From a virus, in the IMG/VR virus record IMGVR_UViG_3300020045_013318, positions 1 to 64,000 of that record: a stretch of DNA of 64,000 nt; one strand, 5' to 3'. A model generated the notes under the pieces. The model was not told the origin of the DNA and ran no database searches. It saw only the letters and a list, made by a program, of their open reading frames with translations. Shown here one piece after another: positions 1 through 10,267 of this stretch. How positions within the stretch are numbered: position 1 is the first letter of the stretch; each line of letters starts with the position of its first letter. The translations under genes and the position numbers were made by a program.

Positions 1-207
1 TTGATACCCCTTATAAAGTTTTACTCCACACTTGCATAAACCTTTCTGTGATCTTTTCAATAAAAATATACAATACATTTCTATACTACCGTCAACTTGT
101 AGCAAGCCGTCTTTAGTTAGTCTCATGTACTTAATTCTAACATGCTTTAATAATGGCGTAACATATTTTCAAAACAACTGTCAAGGCAAGTATCAATTCA
201 CTATAAA

Positions 208-660
208 TCAATTTTGAGCGTCAAGTGTTGGATCGTCAACATTGTCTTTATTCAATTCTTGAAGAAATTGAGCCATTGATAAATTTTGCGTAGACTGTCC
301 TCGTTCAAGTCGTAGCATTTCGTTTGTTGTGTTCGCTATTTGCGCGACATCCTTTTTACTTCTTATAGCATCATAATCAGTGCTAACGAGCGTTTTTACA
401 GCCTTATTTCTAGCTATTTCTATATTTTTAGTATAATCAAAATGCAACAACTCTAAACTTCTCAACTCTTCTAAAAAAGCCTTGTTTTGAGCTATCTTTT
501 TTTGACCCCCTACAACACTACGAGGAGAATATCCAGCCTTTATCATTGCATGAGTCAATTTCGGTGCAACACCATCAGTCGTCATCATTGCAAAATATAT
601 ACGCGCGCATTTTTTTATTCGTTCTGTTTGAGGAGTAATACTAGAAACAATACTTGACAT
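208..660 (-). CDS. Terminase small subunit-like protein (outer phage)
   Basis: AMIKAGYS HTH-like segment and C-terminal RLERGQSTQN, typical of TerS; heads a minus-strand operon leaving the window. Confidence 0.55.
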   Translation of the reverse strand: MSSIVSSITPQTERIKKCARIYFAMMTTDGVAPKLTHAMIKAGYSPRSVVGGQKKIAQNKAFLEELRSLELLHFDYTKNIEIARNKAVKTLVSTDYDAIRSKKDVAQIANTTNEMLRLERGQSTQNLSMAQFLQELNKDNVDDPTLDAQN

Positions 661-804
661 TGTATTATAAAAATGTTATGCTTATAAATAGACTTGCATT
701 ATACTAACCGCTATGTATAATAGTAATCAGGTCGGTATTATAAATTTACTATATCGTGCTTGCTAAAATCTTTTAACTTAATAGCAAACACGAGATAAGA
801 AACT

Positions 805-939
805 ATGAAAAATCACAAAGAGATTATACATGGCGTATATTCTCCAAAAAAAGAGCGTGTGTCGTTTTGGTATTGGATAGCGATAGCGATAATCTTTTTA
901 ATCATGTCTCACGCAGAGTATCTATCACTTACTAACTAA
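805..939 (+). CDS. Small single-TM protein, 44 aa (MKNHKEIIHGVYSPKKERVSFWYWIAIAIIFLIM...)
   Basis: Manually translated; first ORF after TTGCAT...TATAAT promoter-like sequence near 694-721. Confidence 0.5.
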   Translation: MKNHKEIIHGVYSPKKERVSFWYWIAIAIIFLIMSHAEYLSLTN

Positions 940-966
940 AAGTATAGCACATTATAAATCAATACA

Positions 967-1269
967 ATGACACCATCACAAAAAAATCATCCATCATTCT
1001 ACGCTTTCAAAGATACAAAAGACTTCCAAACATTTTTACAGACGAAAGAATGGAAAGATGGAGAAATTGATTACATCACCGTTACAGGAATTGTCTACAC
1101 TATGCATGAGTACGATATAAACGGAAAATCTGTAACATGGGCGAATCAAAAACATCAGAGCATGATAGAAGCAGAAACATCAAACCGCTATAAAAATGGA
1201 TACAAGGACGCGATAGTATCAGAATCTAAACCTTTCTACTTAAGAAACGACATCACATATTACGAATAA
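967..1269 (+). CDS. Hypothetical early phage protein
   Basis: 100-aa ORF in co-oriented small-gene run. Confidence 0.65.
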   Translation: MTPSQKNHPSFYAFKDTKDFQTFLQTKEWKDGEIDYITVTGIVYTMHEYDINGKSVTWANQKHQSMIEAETSNRYKNGYKDAIVSESKPFYLRNDITYYE

Positions 1270-1375
1270 CCCTCGCACCCTCTTTCTGCTTACCTCATAC
1301 AGATAAGCAGAACAGAGAGCACGAATTACCATAACCGCTCTCTACGCCACGATGTTAGGCGTGGTACATTGACAA

Positions 1376-1648
1376 ATGAATAAGAAAATACAACTTATAG
1401 AAAATATAGGCTATTACCACCCATCAAATGCTAACTGGAGTTATCGCATGCACATTATCATTGATAACACAGGCGCAAGACTCTATAAAGAAACTTTTGG
1501 CGGTGATAGCCGATTGAGAAACAAATTAAAAAGCGAGGGTTGTCAAATAGAGCGACTATATCTAGGTAAAGGATCAAATGTTAAATACATGTGGAAAGAC
1601 ATTAAAGAATTACTAGACATTGAGTCGTATACAGGTAAAAACTACTAA
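1376..1648 (+). CDS. Hypothetical early phage protein
   Basis: 90-aa ORF in the same run. Confidence 0.65.
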   Translation: MNKKIQLIENIGYYHPSNANWSYRMHIIIDNTGARLYKETFGGDSRLRNKLKSEGCQIERLYLGKGSNVKYMWKDIKELLDIESYTGKNY

Positions 1649-1649
1649 T

Positions 1650-1859
1650 ATGAAACAAAAACAACTAACAATGGTAGAGCATATCGGGGACGATGGAGTG
1701 TGGATATGGTATTGCTTACACGCTAAACTTACAGAACAGGAAGCTATAAAGGCTTACTGTAAAGAAATGGGTTTAGCTTGCGGGCGTATAAGACAAGAGC
1801 TAGACGGCTTTTATTCTCAATTAGTAGAAGTCAGAGCGTTTAAGGTAACTACTTACTAA
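1650..1859 (+). CDS. Hypothetical protein
   Basis: ATG 1 nt after previous stop; abuts next gene. Confidence 0.6.
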   Translation: MKQKQLTMVEHIGDDGVWIWYCLHAKLTEQEAIKAYCKEMGLACGRIRQELDGFYSQLVEVRAFKVTTY

Positions 1860-1860
1860 C

Positions 1861-2193
1861 ATGAAACTCTACGCCACAACAACTAGCGAAAGAGCTAGCA
1901 AAGGACAGGGGGGGAATAAGAGACTTGATACAATTATCACAGACGCAAACAGAAATGAAATTGTAAAAATCCTTATACAAATAAATGAGGACGACACAAT
2001 CGCGTTACAATACTGGGATAATACAACAAGCAGAGGAAACAAGCATTGTTTCACTTCCAATCCGATAATGACATCAAAAGGCAATAAGCAAAAAGGCGAA
2101 TACAAAAGCGGCGATATATGCAATTTTAATGCTTGCAAAAATCGCGCAGTTATCTACGGAGTATGTGAAAAACATAAATCGCTAGAAGTATAA
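1861..2193 (+). CDS. Hypothetical early phage protein (MKLYATTTSERASKGQGGN start, C-terminal Cys/His cluster)
   Basis: 110-aa ORF followed by terminator. Confidence 0.7.
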   Translation: MKLYATTTSERASKGQGGNKRLDTIITDANRNEIVKILIQINEDDTIALQYWDNTTSRGNKHCFTSNPIMTSKGNKQKGEYKSGDICNFNACKNRAVIYGVCEKHKSLEV

Positions 2194-2205
2194 AAGCCAA
2201 AAAGC

Positions 2206-2245
2206 AAACAGCCGACACGATCCTAACAGCGTGGCGGTTTTTTGT
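2206..2245 (+). terminator. Probable intrinsic terminator
   Basis: Imperfect GC stem (CCGACACG...CGTGGCGG) followed by T6. Confidence 0.5.
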
Positions 2246-2358
2246 TTGTCTAACAATAACTAACATGCCATCAAAATTGGTTGAATACAGACACAAATTT
2301 GGTTGAATACAGAATTAGTTATACAGACCCAAAACTTTATTAGTTATAAAAACTTACC

Positions 2359-2550
2359 ATGAACCATCAAGAATTTTCATCTAAAGGCGGTAAAGCCTCC
2401 GCCCTAAAACTAACCCCAGAAGAGCGCAAAGCCCGATCTAAAAAAGCCATAAATACCCGTTGGAAAAACCGTGATACAAAAGCGATAAAAACAGACGAAA
2501 ATAGAAACAAGCCCCAAACACAAAAGAATCCAGAACCAAAAAAAGAGTGA
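2359..2550 (+). CDS. Small basic protein (SKGGKA...LTPEERKARSKKA)
   Basis: Lys/Arg-rich 63-aa ORF; resembles 13032..13151. Confidence 0.55.
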   Translation: MNHQEFSSKGGKASALKLTPEERKARSKKAINTRWKNRDTKAIKTDENRNKPQTQKNPEPKKE

Positions 2551-2789
2551 AGAGTAAGTATTTTATTACCCCTATCTATCGCGATAGTTAGGGTAACAAA
2601 TTCTACGAAAATTTGCAAGCCCTATCCTGTGGATAACTATGTTGTTACTAGCCTTTCTGGCTAATCTAATCACTTATAAAAAAGAAAGACAAAATCAAAA
2701 ATCTTATATACTGGTGATGTAGTGAGCCACATTAAAAATAGGCACTCTAAAAACTTGCTTATTATTATTTGCCAGTATACAATATCTCC

Positions 2790-3308
2790 ATGAAAAAGTG
2801 GTGGAAAGATCCAAAACAATTAGCTATCGTTTCAGCGAAAATTAGTGAGGCTGTTAAACTAAAGAAACTAACTAACAAGAAGAAAAAACCCACTTTTGGG
2901 TCAGTTTTTAGAAATAAATTTACAAAATTAGATAATAACTGTTGGATTTGGAAAGGTTCTAAAGATCATAAAGGGTATGGAAAAATCTCTCTTAATAAAA
3001 AGGTTTGGAGCGCCCACAGGCTCTCTTATACTCTTTCGGTTGGTAATATCCTAAGAGACATGCGTGTCTGCCATTCATGCGAAAATCCTGCATGTATAAA
3101 TCCTAAACATTTATTTTTAGGTGATCTGGGAGATAATATGATAAATAGAATAAAAAAAGAATTATCTAAATTATCAGAAGAAAACAAAAATAAAATACGA
3201 AATTTATATAAAGCAAGTTACTCAATAGAAGATATAGCAAAAGAGTTCAATGTTTCTTATGGTGTTGTAAGTTTACTTCTTACCAATTTTCCTCTACCCC
3301 AGAATTGA
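2790..3308 (+). CDS. HNH homing endonuclease with C-terminal HTH
   Basis: CWIWKG...GYG...AHRLSY...VCHSCENPACINPKHL...DN motif; SIEDIAKEFNVSYGVVS HTH. Confidence 0.9.
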   Translation: MKKWWKDPKQLAIVSAKISEAVKLKKLTNKKKKPTFGSVFRNKFTKLDNNCWIWKGSKDHKGYGKISLNKKVWSAHRLSYTLSVGNILRDMRVCHSCENPACINPKHLFLGDLGDNMINRIKKELSKLSEENKNKIRNLYKASYSIEDIAKEFNVSYGVVSLLLTNFPLPQN

Positions 3309-4527
3309 TTTCGTCAATTTCTTCCACAGAAACCTCTCTTTCGGTTTCGTGTGAAACATATTTTTCTATCCTTTCTAGCCTCCTTATTATGTTCCATGTC
3401 TCCTTATTCTTTATACTCCACGAAAGCCCAGTCTGATCTCCGCTTCTGTCCAGTACACCTATAGCGGCAAGATGTTGTAAGTTCATACTCGTTATACTTG
3501 TCGCCAAGCCTATTTCGTCCGCTATTGTCTGCCCTTTTATATACGAGCCAAATTCAACCTCTGCAAGTATCTTCAGGCATGCTCTTCTCTCCTCATTGGC
3601 TAATGAATAAGCGCACCATTCAATATGCTCCATATCCTTATCTGTAATTTCCCATGATCCCGTTTCATGATAGTTCATAACCGATAGACCACGGGTTATG
3701 CTGGATAACTGAAGTGCGATACGCATTGGCATTTCTGTTACAGGTACTCTATCTACGGCTTTCTGGAATTTATCGTAGTGCGTTGGAGTGCGCAAGATAG
3801 CGGCAAACATAGATATATTGATAATCTGTTCATGCACCTTTTGAGACAATGCCGGAATAGTGTCTCCATGTTTCAGGCAATCTCTTATATATTCATCGTA
3901 CAAAACAGAAAGAACATTATCTAGTTCTTTGCCATATATCGTTCTATTTAATGATTGGCGTGTGGCTTTTTCCACATTATAGGGTTTCATACGATAGTAA
4001 ATAAACCTCTCTCCCATATCGGCAACCTCCTCAAAGTGTGAATAGATCGTTGGTGTAGACCCTGCTAGGATTCCGAGATAACCATTCCATGTTAAAGGTT
4101 CTGAATTATTACCAGAGTATTTTGTCATTTCACCGTCATAGACCATGCGAAGTTGTCCTAAAATAGTAGACCGTGTTTCCGATGATTTTGAGAATATAAC
4201 GGTAAAATCAGAGATAACGATAATACCCATAGCACCGATCCTATTTAGGAGTGATATGTCCTTCTCTCCTTTTTTGGCTTTTGCGCCAGAAAGTAGGGTG
4301 TTTTCGGTAAGGTCATCAACTCTATGGATAAATTTCTTATCGGTTAAAGCTAATGGGCGTAGGATTTGCGATTTGCCCGATGATGATGTACCAATTACAA
4401 GTAACCATACAGGATCGCCAAGTTTAAGCCGTGTGGCAACGATTGAAGCAAGAGCAATGCGGATCATGCCATCATCTTCACTGTATAGGTATTTTTCTAC
4501 TTCCTTTTTGAGAGTATCAAAGGTCAT
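3280..4527 (-). CDS. AAA+/MCM-like P-loop ATPase, probable replicative helicase, with C-terminal winged helix
   Basis: Walker A GTSSSGKS, Walker B-like IVISD, LRMVYDG, GERF Arg-finger-like motif; coupled to CHC2 gene. Confidence 0.7.
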   Translation of the reverse strand: MTFDTLKKEVEKYLYSEDDGMIRIALASIVATRLKLGDPVWLLVIGTSSSGKSQILRPLALTDKKFIHRVDDLTENTLLSGAKAKKGEKDISLLNRIGAMGIIVISDFTVIFSKSSETRSTILGQLRMVYDGEMTKYSGNNSEPLTWNGYLGILAGSTPTIYSHFEEVADMGERFIYYRMKPYNVEKATRQSLNRTIYGKELDNVLSVLYDEYIRDCLKHGDTIPALSQKVHEQIINISMFAAILRTPTHYDKFQKAVDRVPVTEMPMRIALQLSSITRGLSVMNYHETGSWEITDKDMEHIEWCAYSLANEERRACLKILAEVEFGSYIKGQTIADEIGLATSITSMNLQHLAAIGVLDRSGDQTGLSWSIKNKETWNIIRRLERIEKYVSHETEREVSVEEIDEINSGVEENW

Positions 4528-5237
4528 GTTAGTTTTTTGACGGCATCTACAAAAGAAAAGCCTGTCAATTTCATGCAGACATCTATTGAATCAGCACTTT
4601 TATTACAGGCAAAACAATATACTCTGTTAGTTTTCCGATAATAGTAAAGATCATCACCATCACAGTCATCGCACCACAAACACTTCCCTATATTTTTTCT
4701 AAATTCAATAAGTTCATCTATAGGAAATTCTTTTGCACGCTCTACATTTAGGTTTCCTTTTGGTTTATTTGATAGAAAAAAACTGTTTCTTTTTATTTTC
4801 TGTTCTCTACCTTCACGCAAGGGTTGTACCCACAAAACATCACAGACACTTTGCCAAAAATACTCACTTTCTTTAGATGATTTTCTATAAATTATGTTAT
4901 GACACTCACTTTCTATCCGTAGAGCCAAATCTAAATCCTTCCGGCACTGTTCAATTTCTGTTTTCATTATTTCTCGTACCACAGATTTCGCTTCAGGAAA
5001 TATCTCTAGGGCTTGTCTTTGCGTATAGGATGGCACATCCCTTTTCAGGCTATCAAAGAAATCCATTTCTTTATCATCATAAATTCCGTGCCAAAAGATG
5101 TGTTTTTTAAGAGTGAGGCTATACATATTTTTTACAACCAAAAAACGCATACCGACTGCATGCCTCGGATAAGGCATCGGTATGCGTTTTTTGGTAATAG
5201 ATTGTCCGATATTTGCATAGGGATAGTATATCCCCAA
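4524..5237 (-). CDS. Protein with C-terminal CHC2-type (primase) zinc finger; start uncertain
   Basis: KCLWC...VYCFACNKSADSIDVCMKLTGFSFVDAVKKL. Confidence 0.75.
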   Translation of the reverse strand: MGIYYPYANIGQSITKKRIPMPYPRHAVGMRFLVVKNMYSLTLKKHIFWHGIYDDKEMDFFDSLKRDVPSYTQRQALEIFPEAKSVVREIMKTEIEQCRKDLDLALRIESECHNIIYRKSSKESEYFWQSVCDVLWVQPLREGREQKIKRNSFFLSNKPKGNLNVERAKEFPIDELIEFRKNIGKCLWCDDCDGDDLYYYRKTNRVYCFACNKSADSIDVCMKLTGFSFVDAVKKLT

Positions 5238-5252
5238 TTAGAAATTATAATA

Positions 5253-5294
5253 TGGGGATAACTTATTTTGCACGCACATATTATGTGCTACAAT
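5253..5294 (+). promoter_or_regulatory. Promoter with upstream TGGGGATAA box and palindromic operator in spacer
   Basis: TTGCAC (5268) - GCACATATTATGTGC palindrome - TACAAT (5289), directly before an HTH gene. Confidence 0.55.
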
Positions 5295-5300
5295 ATATTT

Positions 5301-5441
5301 ATGAAAATTCTTGAGAAGATACTTATTAAAAAACGCAATGAAATTATAATTGCTATGCATAAAGAAGGTTTTAATTATAGCCAGATAGCTAGATTATTTC
5401 ATCTTTCTCATAGTACGGTATTAAGAATCATACAAAAATGA
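5301..5441 (+). CDS. Small HTH DNA-binding protein, 46 aa
   Basis: Manual translation: ...EGFNYSQIARLFHLSHSTVLRII; ATGA overlap with next gene. Confidence 0.75.
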   Translation: MKILEKILIKKRNEIIIAMHKEGFNYSQIARLFHLSHSTVLRIIQK

Positions 5442-5743
5442 CTAAACATAAAATAGAAGGGTTTGATGTGTATGAGTATGACGAGGCTAGAGACTTCTTT
5501 GAAGAAGTTTCTGTGAGTATAAGTCAATGGTTGCAAATAAAAGACGCTGAAAATGAATGGGAATTTGATAGATTAAAAGAAAAAGTAGACGAGTATGTGA
5601 AAGCTAAAAATATAGCATTTTCTTTCTCAAAAGATATTTTTAGATGCAATCCACGAGTTGCTTACAATCATATTAAAGATAGTCATATCTTTATTTTTAA
5701 GTATGACAATGACGGTTACACAATCATAATAGAAAAGTCATGA
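5438..5743 (+). CDS. Hypothetical protein
   Basis: ATGA-coupled on both sides. Confidence 0.7.
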   Translation: MTKHKIEGFDVYEYDEARDFFEEVSVSISQWLQIKDAENEWEFDRLKEKVDEYVKAKNIAFSFSKDIFRCNPRVAYNHIKDSHIFIFKYDNDGYTIIIEKS

Positions 5744-6345
5744 CCCCCTTCTCCATAAAACAATTCACACAGGTTAGACCTCTTTCATGGAGTGCCATAA
5801 GTTCTTTTGAGTACGATCCCGATCAGTGGTTTTCAAGATACATTCTAAACAAAAGACAAGAAGAAACCAACGCTATGAAATTCGGTAAAAGATTCGCCCT
5901 TTCTTGCGAAAAAAGAAAATCTCTAGCACCCGTTACACTCTATTCAAAAGTTGAATATGCGCTTAACACTGTTTTTGATGGTATCAAAATGACTGGCTTC
6001 ATAGATACATACGAGCCTCACACAGCGTTAAGAGAGTTTAAGACTGCTAGGACATTGTGGACACAGGATAAGGCAGATCAGCACGGACAGATTGATATGT
6101 ACCTCTTACAGTTATACATTACCCACAAAGTAAGACCGGAGGATATAAAGTGTTACCTTGATTGCATCCAAACTGAAGAAAGAGGGGATTTCTCTATAGG
6201 TTTCGTAAAGCCCATTAAGGTACATACATTTGAAACCAAAAGAAGCATGTCCGATATTCTGCAATTTGGTGCAAGAATAAGAAAAGTAACAAATGAAATG
6301 GAAGAGTATTGTAACGAGATGAAAGCGTCTAACTTACTAAGTTAA
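5740..6345 (+). CDS. PD-(D/E)XK nuclease (RecB/Cas4-like exonuclease)
   Basis: LSWSAI...G.ID...EFKT...Q...Y motif pattern. Confidence 0.75.
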   Translation: MTPFSIKQFTQVRPLSWSAISSFEYDPDQWFSRYILNKRQEETNAMKFGKRFALSCEKRKSLAPVTLYSKVEYALNTVFDGIKMTGFIDTYEPHTALREFKTARTLWTQDKADQHGQIDMYLLQLYITHKVRPEDIKCYLDCIQTEERGDFSIGFVKPIKVHTFETKRSMSDILQFGARIRKVTNEMEEYCNEMKASNLLS

Positions 6346-6409
6346 ACATTTCCATCTCTTTATAAATTGGTCGGTAAAAAGAGAAATTAAAAGATAATAA
6401 TTAAATAAT

Positions 6410-7204
6410 ATGTCAAAAAAAATAACAGAAGAACAATTAGAGATACTAAACAATAGCTACCCTGTGTCAGAAGAAAGTAATCGCTTGACTCTTCCCCGTT
6501 TCGGGATGATTTCTAAAGATATAGTAGAAACATCTGGCAAAGGTAAAGATAAAAAAATAAATGTAATCCAGCCAGCAGGTTCATTTTTTACAGAAAAAGA
6601 CGAAGGGGAAGTGAACGAGGGCGGCAAAAAGATATGGACAAAAAAGTTTTTAGAAGGAGAGACAGTGGATGTTATTATAGTTTACCACCGCCGCCAGCTT
6701 CGCAAGTTTGATTCCTCGTTGGAGAAATTTATATCCTCTCCTGTCTTTGATAATGCCGAGCAAGTGATACCTCTTTACTTGGATAAACAAGTTATCCACA
6801 AGGGAACACAGAAGCAATTACAGGCTTTATATCCTGCGTTGACACAAAAAGGGAAGCCAACGAGCGATCTCAAAGAAGAGACTATCCTTTATGTGGTGTA
6901 TGAAAATGAATTGTACCAAGCTAACATTAGCCAATCCTCAAAATGGGAGTTCAAATCATACGCAAAGACAGTCAATCCCTCTACGGTTATAACCACATTA
7001 GGTTCTACCGAAGAAACTTTTGGAGAAAATACATTTCGTAAGATGTCTTTTACCTCTAAAAAACAGATTTCTAGTGATGAGTTTGAGATAGTCAATGAAA
7101 AGCAAACACTTCTTAAAGAAACTGTTAAAAACGATGAAAGGTTTTATTTACCAGACGGAGCAGATGGTCAATTAGACTCTCTAGCAGAAGCTAAAAAGTT
7201 CTAG
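6410..7204 (+). CDS. Hypothetical replication protein, possible ssDNA-binding/annealing protein
   Basis: Follows the exonuclease; acidic tail; function inferred from context only. Confidence 0.45.
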   Translation: MSKKITEEQLEILNNSYPVSEESNRLTLPRFGMISKDIVETSGKGKDKKINVIQPAGSFFTEKDEGEVNEGGKKIWTKKFLEGETVDVIIVYHRRQLRKFDSSLEKFISSPVFDNAEQVIPLYLDKQVIHKGTQKQLQALYPALTQKGKPTSDLKEETILYVVYENELYQANISQSSKWEFKSYAKTVNPSTVITTLGSTEETFGENTFRKMSFTSKKQISSDEFEIVNEKQTLLKETVKNDERFYLPDGADGQLDSLAEAKKF

Positions 7205-7250
7205 ATCGTGTTTTTATTCTGCACCTTGAAAGAGGTGTAGGGTTAAGGAT

Positions 7251-7907
7251 ATGAAAATACTAAACTTATACGCAGGAATAGGAGGTAATAGAAAGTTGTG
7301 GGGTGATGACCACGAAATAACTGCCGTGGAATATAAACAAGAAATAGCAGATATTTACCACGACTTCTTCCCAAAGGATAAGGTGATAGTGGCAGATGCT
7401 CACCAATATCTTTTAGAGCATTTTTCAGAGTTTGATTTCATTTGGACAAGTCCACCATGTCAAACACATACAATTATGAATATTGCCAATGCTCTTTCTC
7501 CTTACAAAGATAATACTAAACAATTAAAACAAGGGGGGGGTATTTCACCTCGCTATATTAAAATGGAACTTTATCAAGAGATAATTTTCTTAACTCATCA
7601 TTTTAAGGGTAAGTGGTGTGTGGAAAATGTTATTGCGTATTACGAGCCATTGATAAAACCTTATAAAATGGCAAAACATTATTTTTGGACTAATTTTATC
7701 TTAAGAGATTTCGTGGGGGAGGGTAGAGGTATGGGTATGGATGAAACCACAGAAAAGTTGTCTAAATTAAAAGGTTTTGATTTGAAAAATTATAAGGGTA
7801 TTGATAAAAGGTTGTTATTAAGAAACTGTGTAGAACCTGAACTTGCTAAACACATTTTAGACCTAGCCATCAATCCAATCAATTTACAAAAGTCTATATT
7901 CCAATGA
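7251..7907 (+). CDS. DNA cytosine-C5 methyltransferase (short phage type)
   Basis: Motif I NLYAGIGG, motif IV SPPCQ, motif VI ENV. Confidence 0.9.
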   Translation: MKILNLYAGIGGNRKLWGDDHEITAVEYKQEIADIYHDFFPKDKVIVADAHQYLLEHFSEFDFIWTSPPCQTHTIMNIANALSPYKDNTKQLKQGGGISPRYIKMELYQEIIFLTHHFKGKWCVENVIAYYEPLIKPYKMAKHYFWTNFILRDFVGEGRGMGMDETTEKLSKLKGFDLKNYKGIDKRLLLRNCVEPELAKHILDLAINPINLQKSIFQ

Positions 7908-9073
7908 CCCCCGCTCTCTATTCCCATCAAAAATCATTCGTTGAAAAAGCTCCCAACAAGTATGGCATGTTCCACGCCACCGGTACGGGGAAAACTATTA
8001 CGGCACTTACTATTGTTTCAAAATATACTTACTCTTGTTTAGTCATAGCGCCAAAAGGTGTTAAATCTAAATGGCAAGAAGTAACAAGGGATTATCCAAG
8101 TTGTGTTTTTTTTATTATTACTAAAGAGGAATTTCGCCGAGATTGGAACACAATACCAAAATTTGAATCTGTGGTTATTGATGAATTTCATCATTTTTCT
8201 TCTATAAAATCACAACTTCATAAGTCGTTGATAAAATATCTTAAAAAGTATTCTGTGAAATATGTTTGGGGATTGACGGCAACACCCTATAGGAGAGAAC
8301 CGATGAACATTTTTGCTTTAGCGCGAATACTTGGTCATAACTGGAACTACATAAACTTCCGCCACAAGTTTTATTACGAACAAAGATTCGGTATGCGGGT
8401 AGTGTGGCTTCCTAAAAAGAACATTGAAAAAGAAGTTGCCGAGTTAGTGAGAAAAATTGGTGATGTGGTGGCTTATGAAGAAGTTGCAGAGAGTCCACCC
8501 ATAACTCATATTATGGAATACATAGAACAAACTGCTAGTCAGAAACGAGCCATGAAAGAGTTGGAACTCATTGAAGCCAATCCCCTAACATTTTATATGC
8601 GTGAGCATCAAATTATGAGTGGTGTTGGGGCGAAATCAGGCAAGGACGAGCGTTTGTTAGAATTGGCTGAACAAACTCCTAAAATGGCAATTTTCGCACG
8701 CTATACCTCTCAAATAGATACCTACAAGGTATTATTTCCCGAAGCGGAGGTCATAGATGGACGAACTAAAGACAAGGATTCCACGGCAAAGCGTTTTGAA
8801 GCTATGACAAATGGTATAATAATCATTCAAGCTGATAGCGCAGAGGGGTTTGAGTTGGGGAGTGTCCACACGATTGTATTTGCAAGTAAGTCTTATTCTT
8901 TTCTTTCTTATACACAGGCATTAGGACGATTCATACGAATCAACAATGAACCGAAACCTAAGCGATTCTTCCATCTTTTGACTCGTAAAACGATTGATGA
9001 GGAGGTGGAAAAGAACATTCAAGCAAAGAAAGATTTTGATGTAGAAATATATGCGAGAAAAACACCTCTATAG
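7904..9073 (+). CDS. SF2 (SNF2-like) helicase
   Basis: TGTGKT, DEFH, LTATP, QALGRFIR. Confidence 0.9.
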   Translation: MTPALYSHQKSFVEKAPNKYGMFHATGTGKTITALTIVSKYTYSCLVIAPKGVKSKWQEVTRDYPSCVFFIITKEEFRRDWNTIPKFESVVIDEFHHFSSIKSQLHKSLIKYLKKYSVKYVWGLTATPYRREPMNIFALARILGHNWNYINFRHKFYYEQRFGMRVVWLPKKNIEKEVAELVRKIGDVVAYEEVAESPPITHIMEYIEQTASQKRAMKELELIEANPLTFYMREHQIMSGVGAKSGKDERLLELAEQTPKMAIFARYTSQIDTYKVLFPEAEVIDGRTKDKDSTAKRFEAMTNGIIIIQADSAEGFELGSVHTIVFASKSYSFLSYTQALGRFIRINNEPKPKRFFHLLTRKTIDEEVEKNIQAKKDFDVEIYARKTPL

Positions 9074-9419
9074 CCTCTTCGCTAAAACTCTTACCTCAAC
9101 TTGCGCTTGGGAACTCAAAATCTGCAAGACAAATGCCCTGCCATTCTCCTCTGTGGCTCCGCACCAACTGCGCTCATTAAAGATCGCCAAGCACGGTGTA
9201 TTCCGATGGAAATTAGGCGATTACGGGTATCTTAATCCTTTTGACGGATTCGTGTTAGCAAAAGTCCCCGCCTACATCGTCATCGTTTTTTACAAACCAA
9301 GAAAGCCCATCAGCTTCTTGATGATTGACATAGATGTATTCCTAGAGGAGATGAAGAACTCTACACGAAAGAGTTTGACCGAGGAGAGGGCGATTAGTCT
9401 AAGTGTGGTGAGTCGCTAA
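9051..9419 (+). CDS. RecU-like Holliday junction resolvase / PD-(D/E)XK nuclease
   Basis: WELKI...VAPHQLRSL and NPFDGF; follows helicase. Confidence 0.55.
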   Translation: MREKHLYSLFAKTLTSTCAWELKICKTNALPFSSVAPHQLRSLKIAKHGVFRWKLGDYGYLNPFDGFVLAKVPAYIVIVFYKPRKPISFLMIDIDVFLEEMKNSTRKSLTEERAISLSVVSR

Positions 9420-9687
9420 AATCTTCGGTTACTATCGGACGATTTAGATTGTTCAGAGCTTCAAGATTATCTGTTATATCTTTGTATCTTGAATCAACAG
9501 CTTTTTGAGAATTATAAAGTTCATTCACCAAATTAGTAAACTTTTCTTCTCCGATAAAGAAGGTGCATATATATCCTTTTGTAGAACAACCATAACCTAT
9601 TTGTTTCCCATTACCACCTTTTTGCAATAAATTTCCACACTTTGGACACTTATTATCTCTTAAATTTTTCCAGTTCATATCATCCAA
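9394..9687 (-). CDS. Zinc-ribbon protein
   Basis: CPKCG...GCS...CTF. Confidence 0.6.
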   Translation of the reverse strand: MDDMNWKNLRDNKCPKCGNLLQKGGNGKQIGYGCSTKGYICTFFIGEEKFTNLVNELYNSQKAVDSRYKDITDNLEALNNLNRPIVTEDFSDSPHLD

Positions 9688-10267
9688 ATCTCACTCCCAC
9701 CTCATCAAACTCCTCGACCCCTGCCACCGGCACACCGACCCGAAACGACTGTTTAATTTTTACCATATCCGGTTCTAAAAATTCCAAAGGTATCTTGGAC
9801 TTATCCACAACCTTCCAAGCTGTCCTTGACACTGTGGTTGCCTTACCATTTTCGGTCTTTGTGGTTTTCTCTTGTACCTCTACAGCCTCTATTTTCTCCA
9901 CTGCTTTTTCAATCGTAAGTTTCCCGTCCTCTAACTTCTTGGCGATCTTCAGTTTGGCTTCTTCAGCTCTTTTTGTTTCCTCTATCGTAAAGGACAGCAT
10001 CTTGTCCTTAATGGTTTTTAGAGCGTTTTCTCCGATAGTTTCTAAAGGACTAAATAATTCACGGACACTTTTTAAGGCTATGTTTAAGGGTTTTGTGATT
10101 TCGGTTTTTCTGTCCGTTATGACCTTTAGTTTGTCTTTAATGTTTTTACCCTCTCCTAATGCCTCTTCATAATCCTTTTGGGAAGTGATTTGTAGACCCT
10201 CACTATACTTTTCAATTCTTGAAAGTTCTTTTTTATATTGGCTTATTTCTTTTGTGTTTACTTCCAT
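9680..10267 (-). CDS. Coiled-coil phage protein
   Basis: Long Glu/Lys coiled coil; C-terminal WKVVDKSKIPLEFL...VAGVE. Confidence 0.7.
   Translation of the reverse strand: MEVNTKEISQYKKELSRIEKYSEGLQITSQKDYEEALGEGKNIKDKLKVITDRKTEITKPLNIALKSVRELFSPLETIGENALKTIKDKMLSFTIEETKRAEEAKLKIAKKLEDGKLTIEKAVEKIEAVEVQEKTTKTENGKATTVSRTAWKVVDKSKIPLEFLEPDMVKIKQSFRVGVPVAGVEEFDEVGVRFG

Noticed and set aside
2277-2313. TTGGTTGAATACAGA direct repeat as replication iterons
   Set aside because: Only two copies and no adjacent initiator; may be a simple local duplication.
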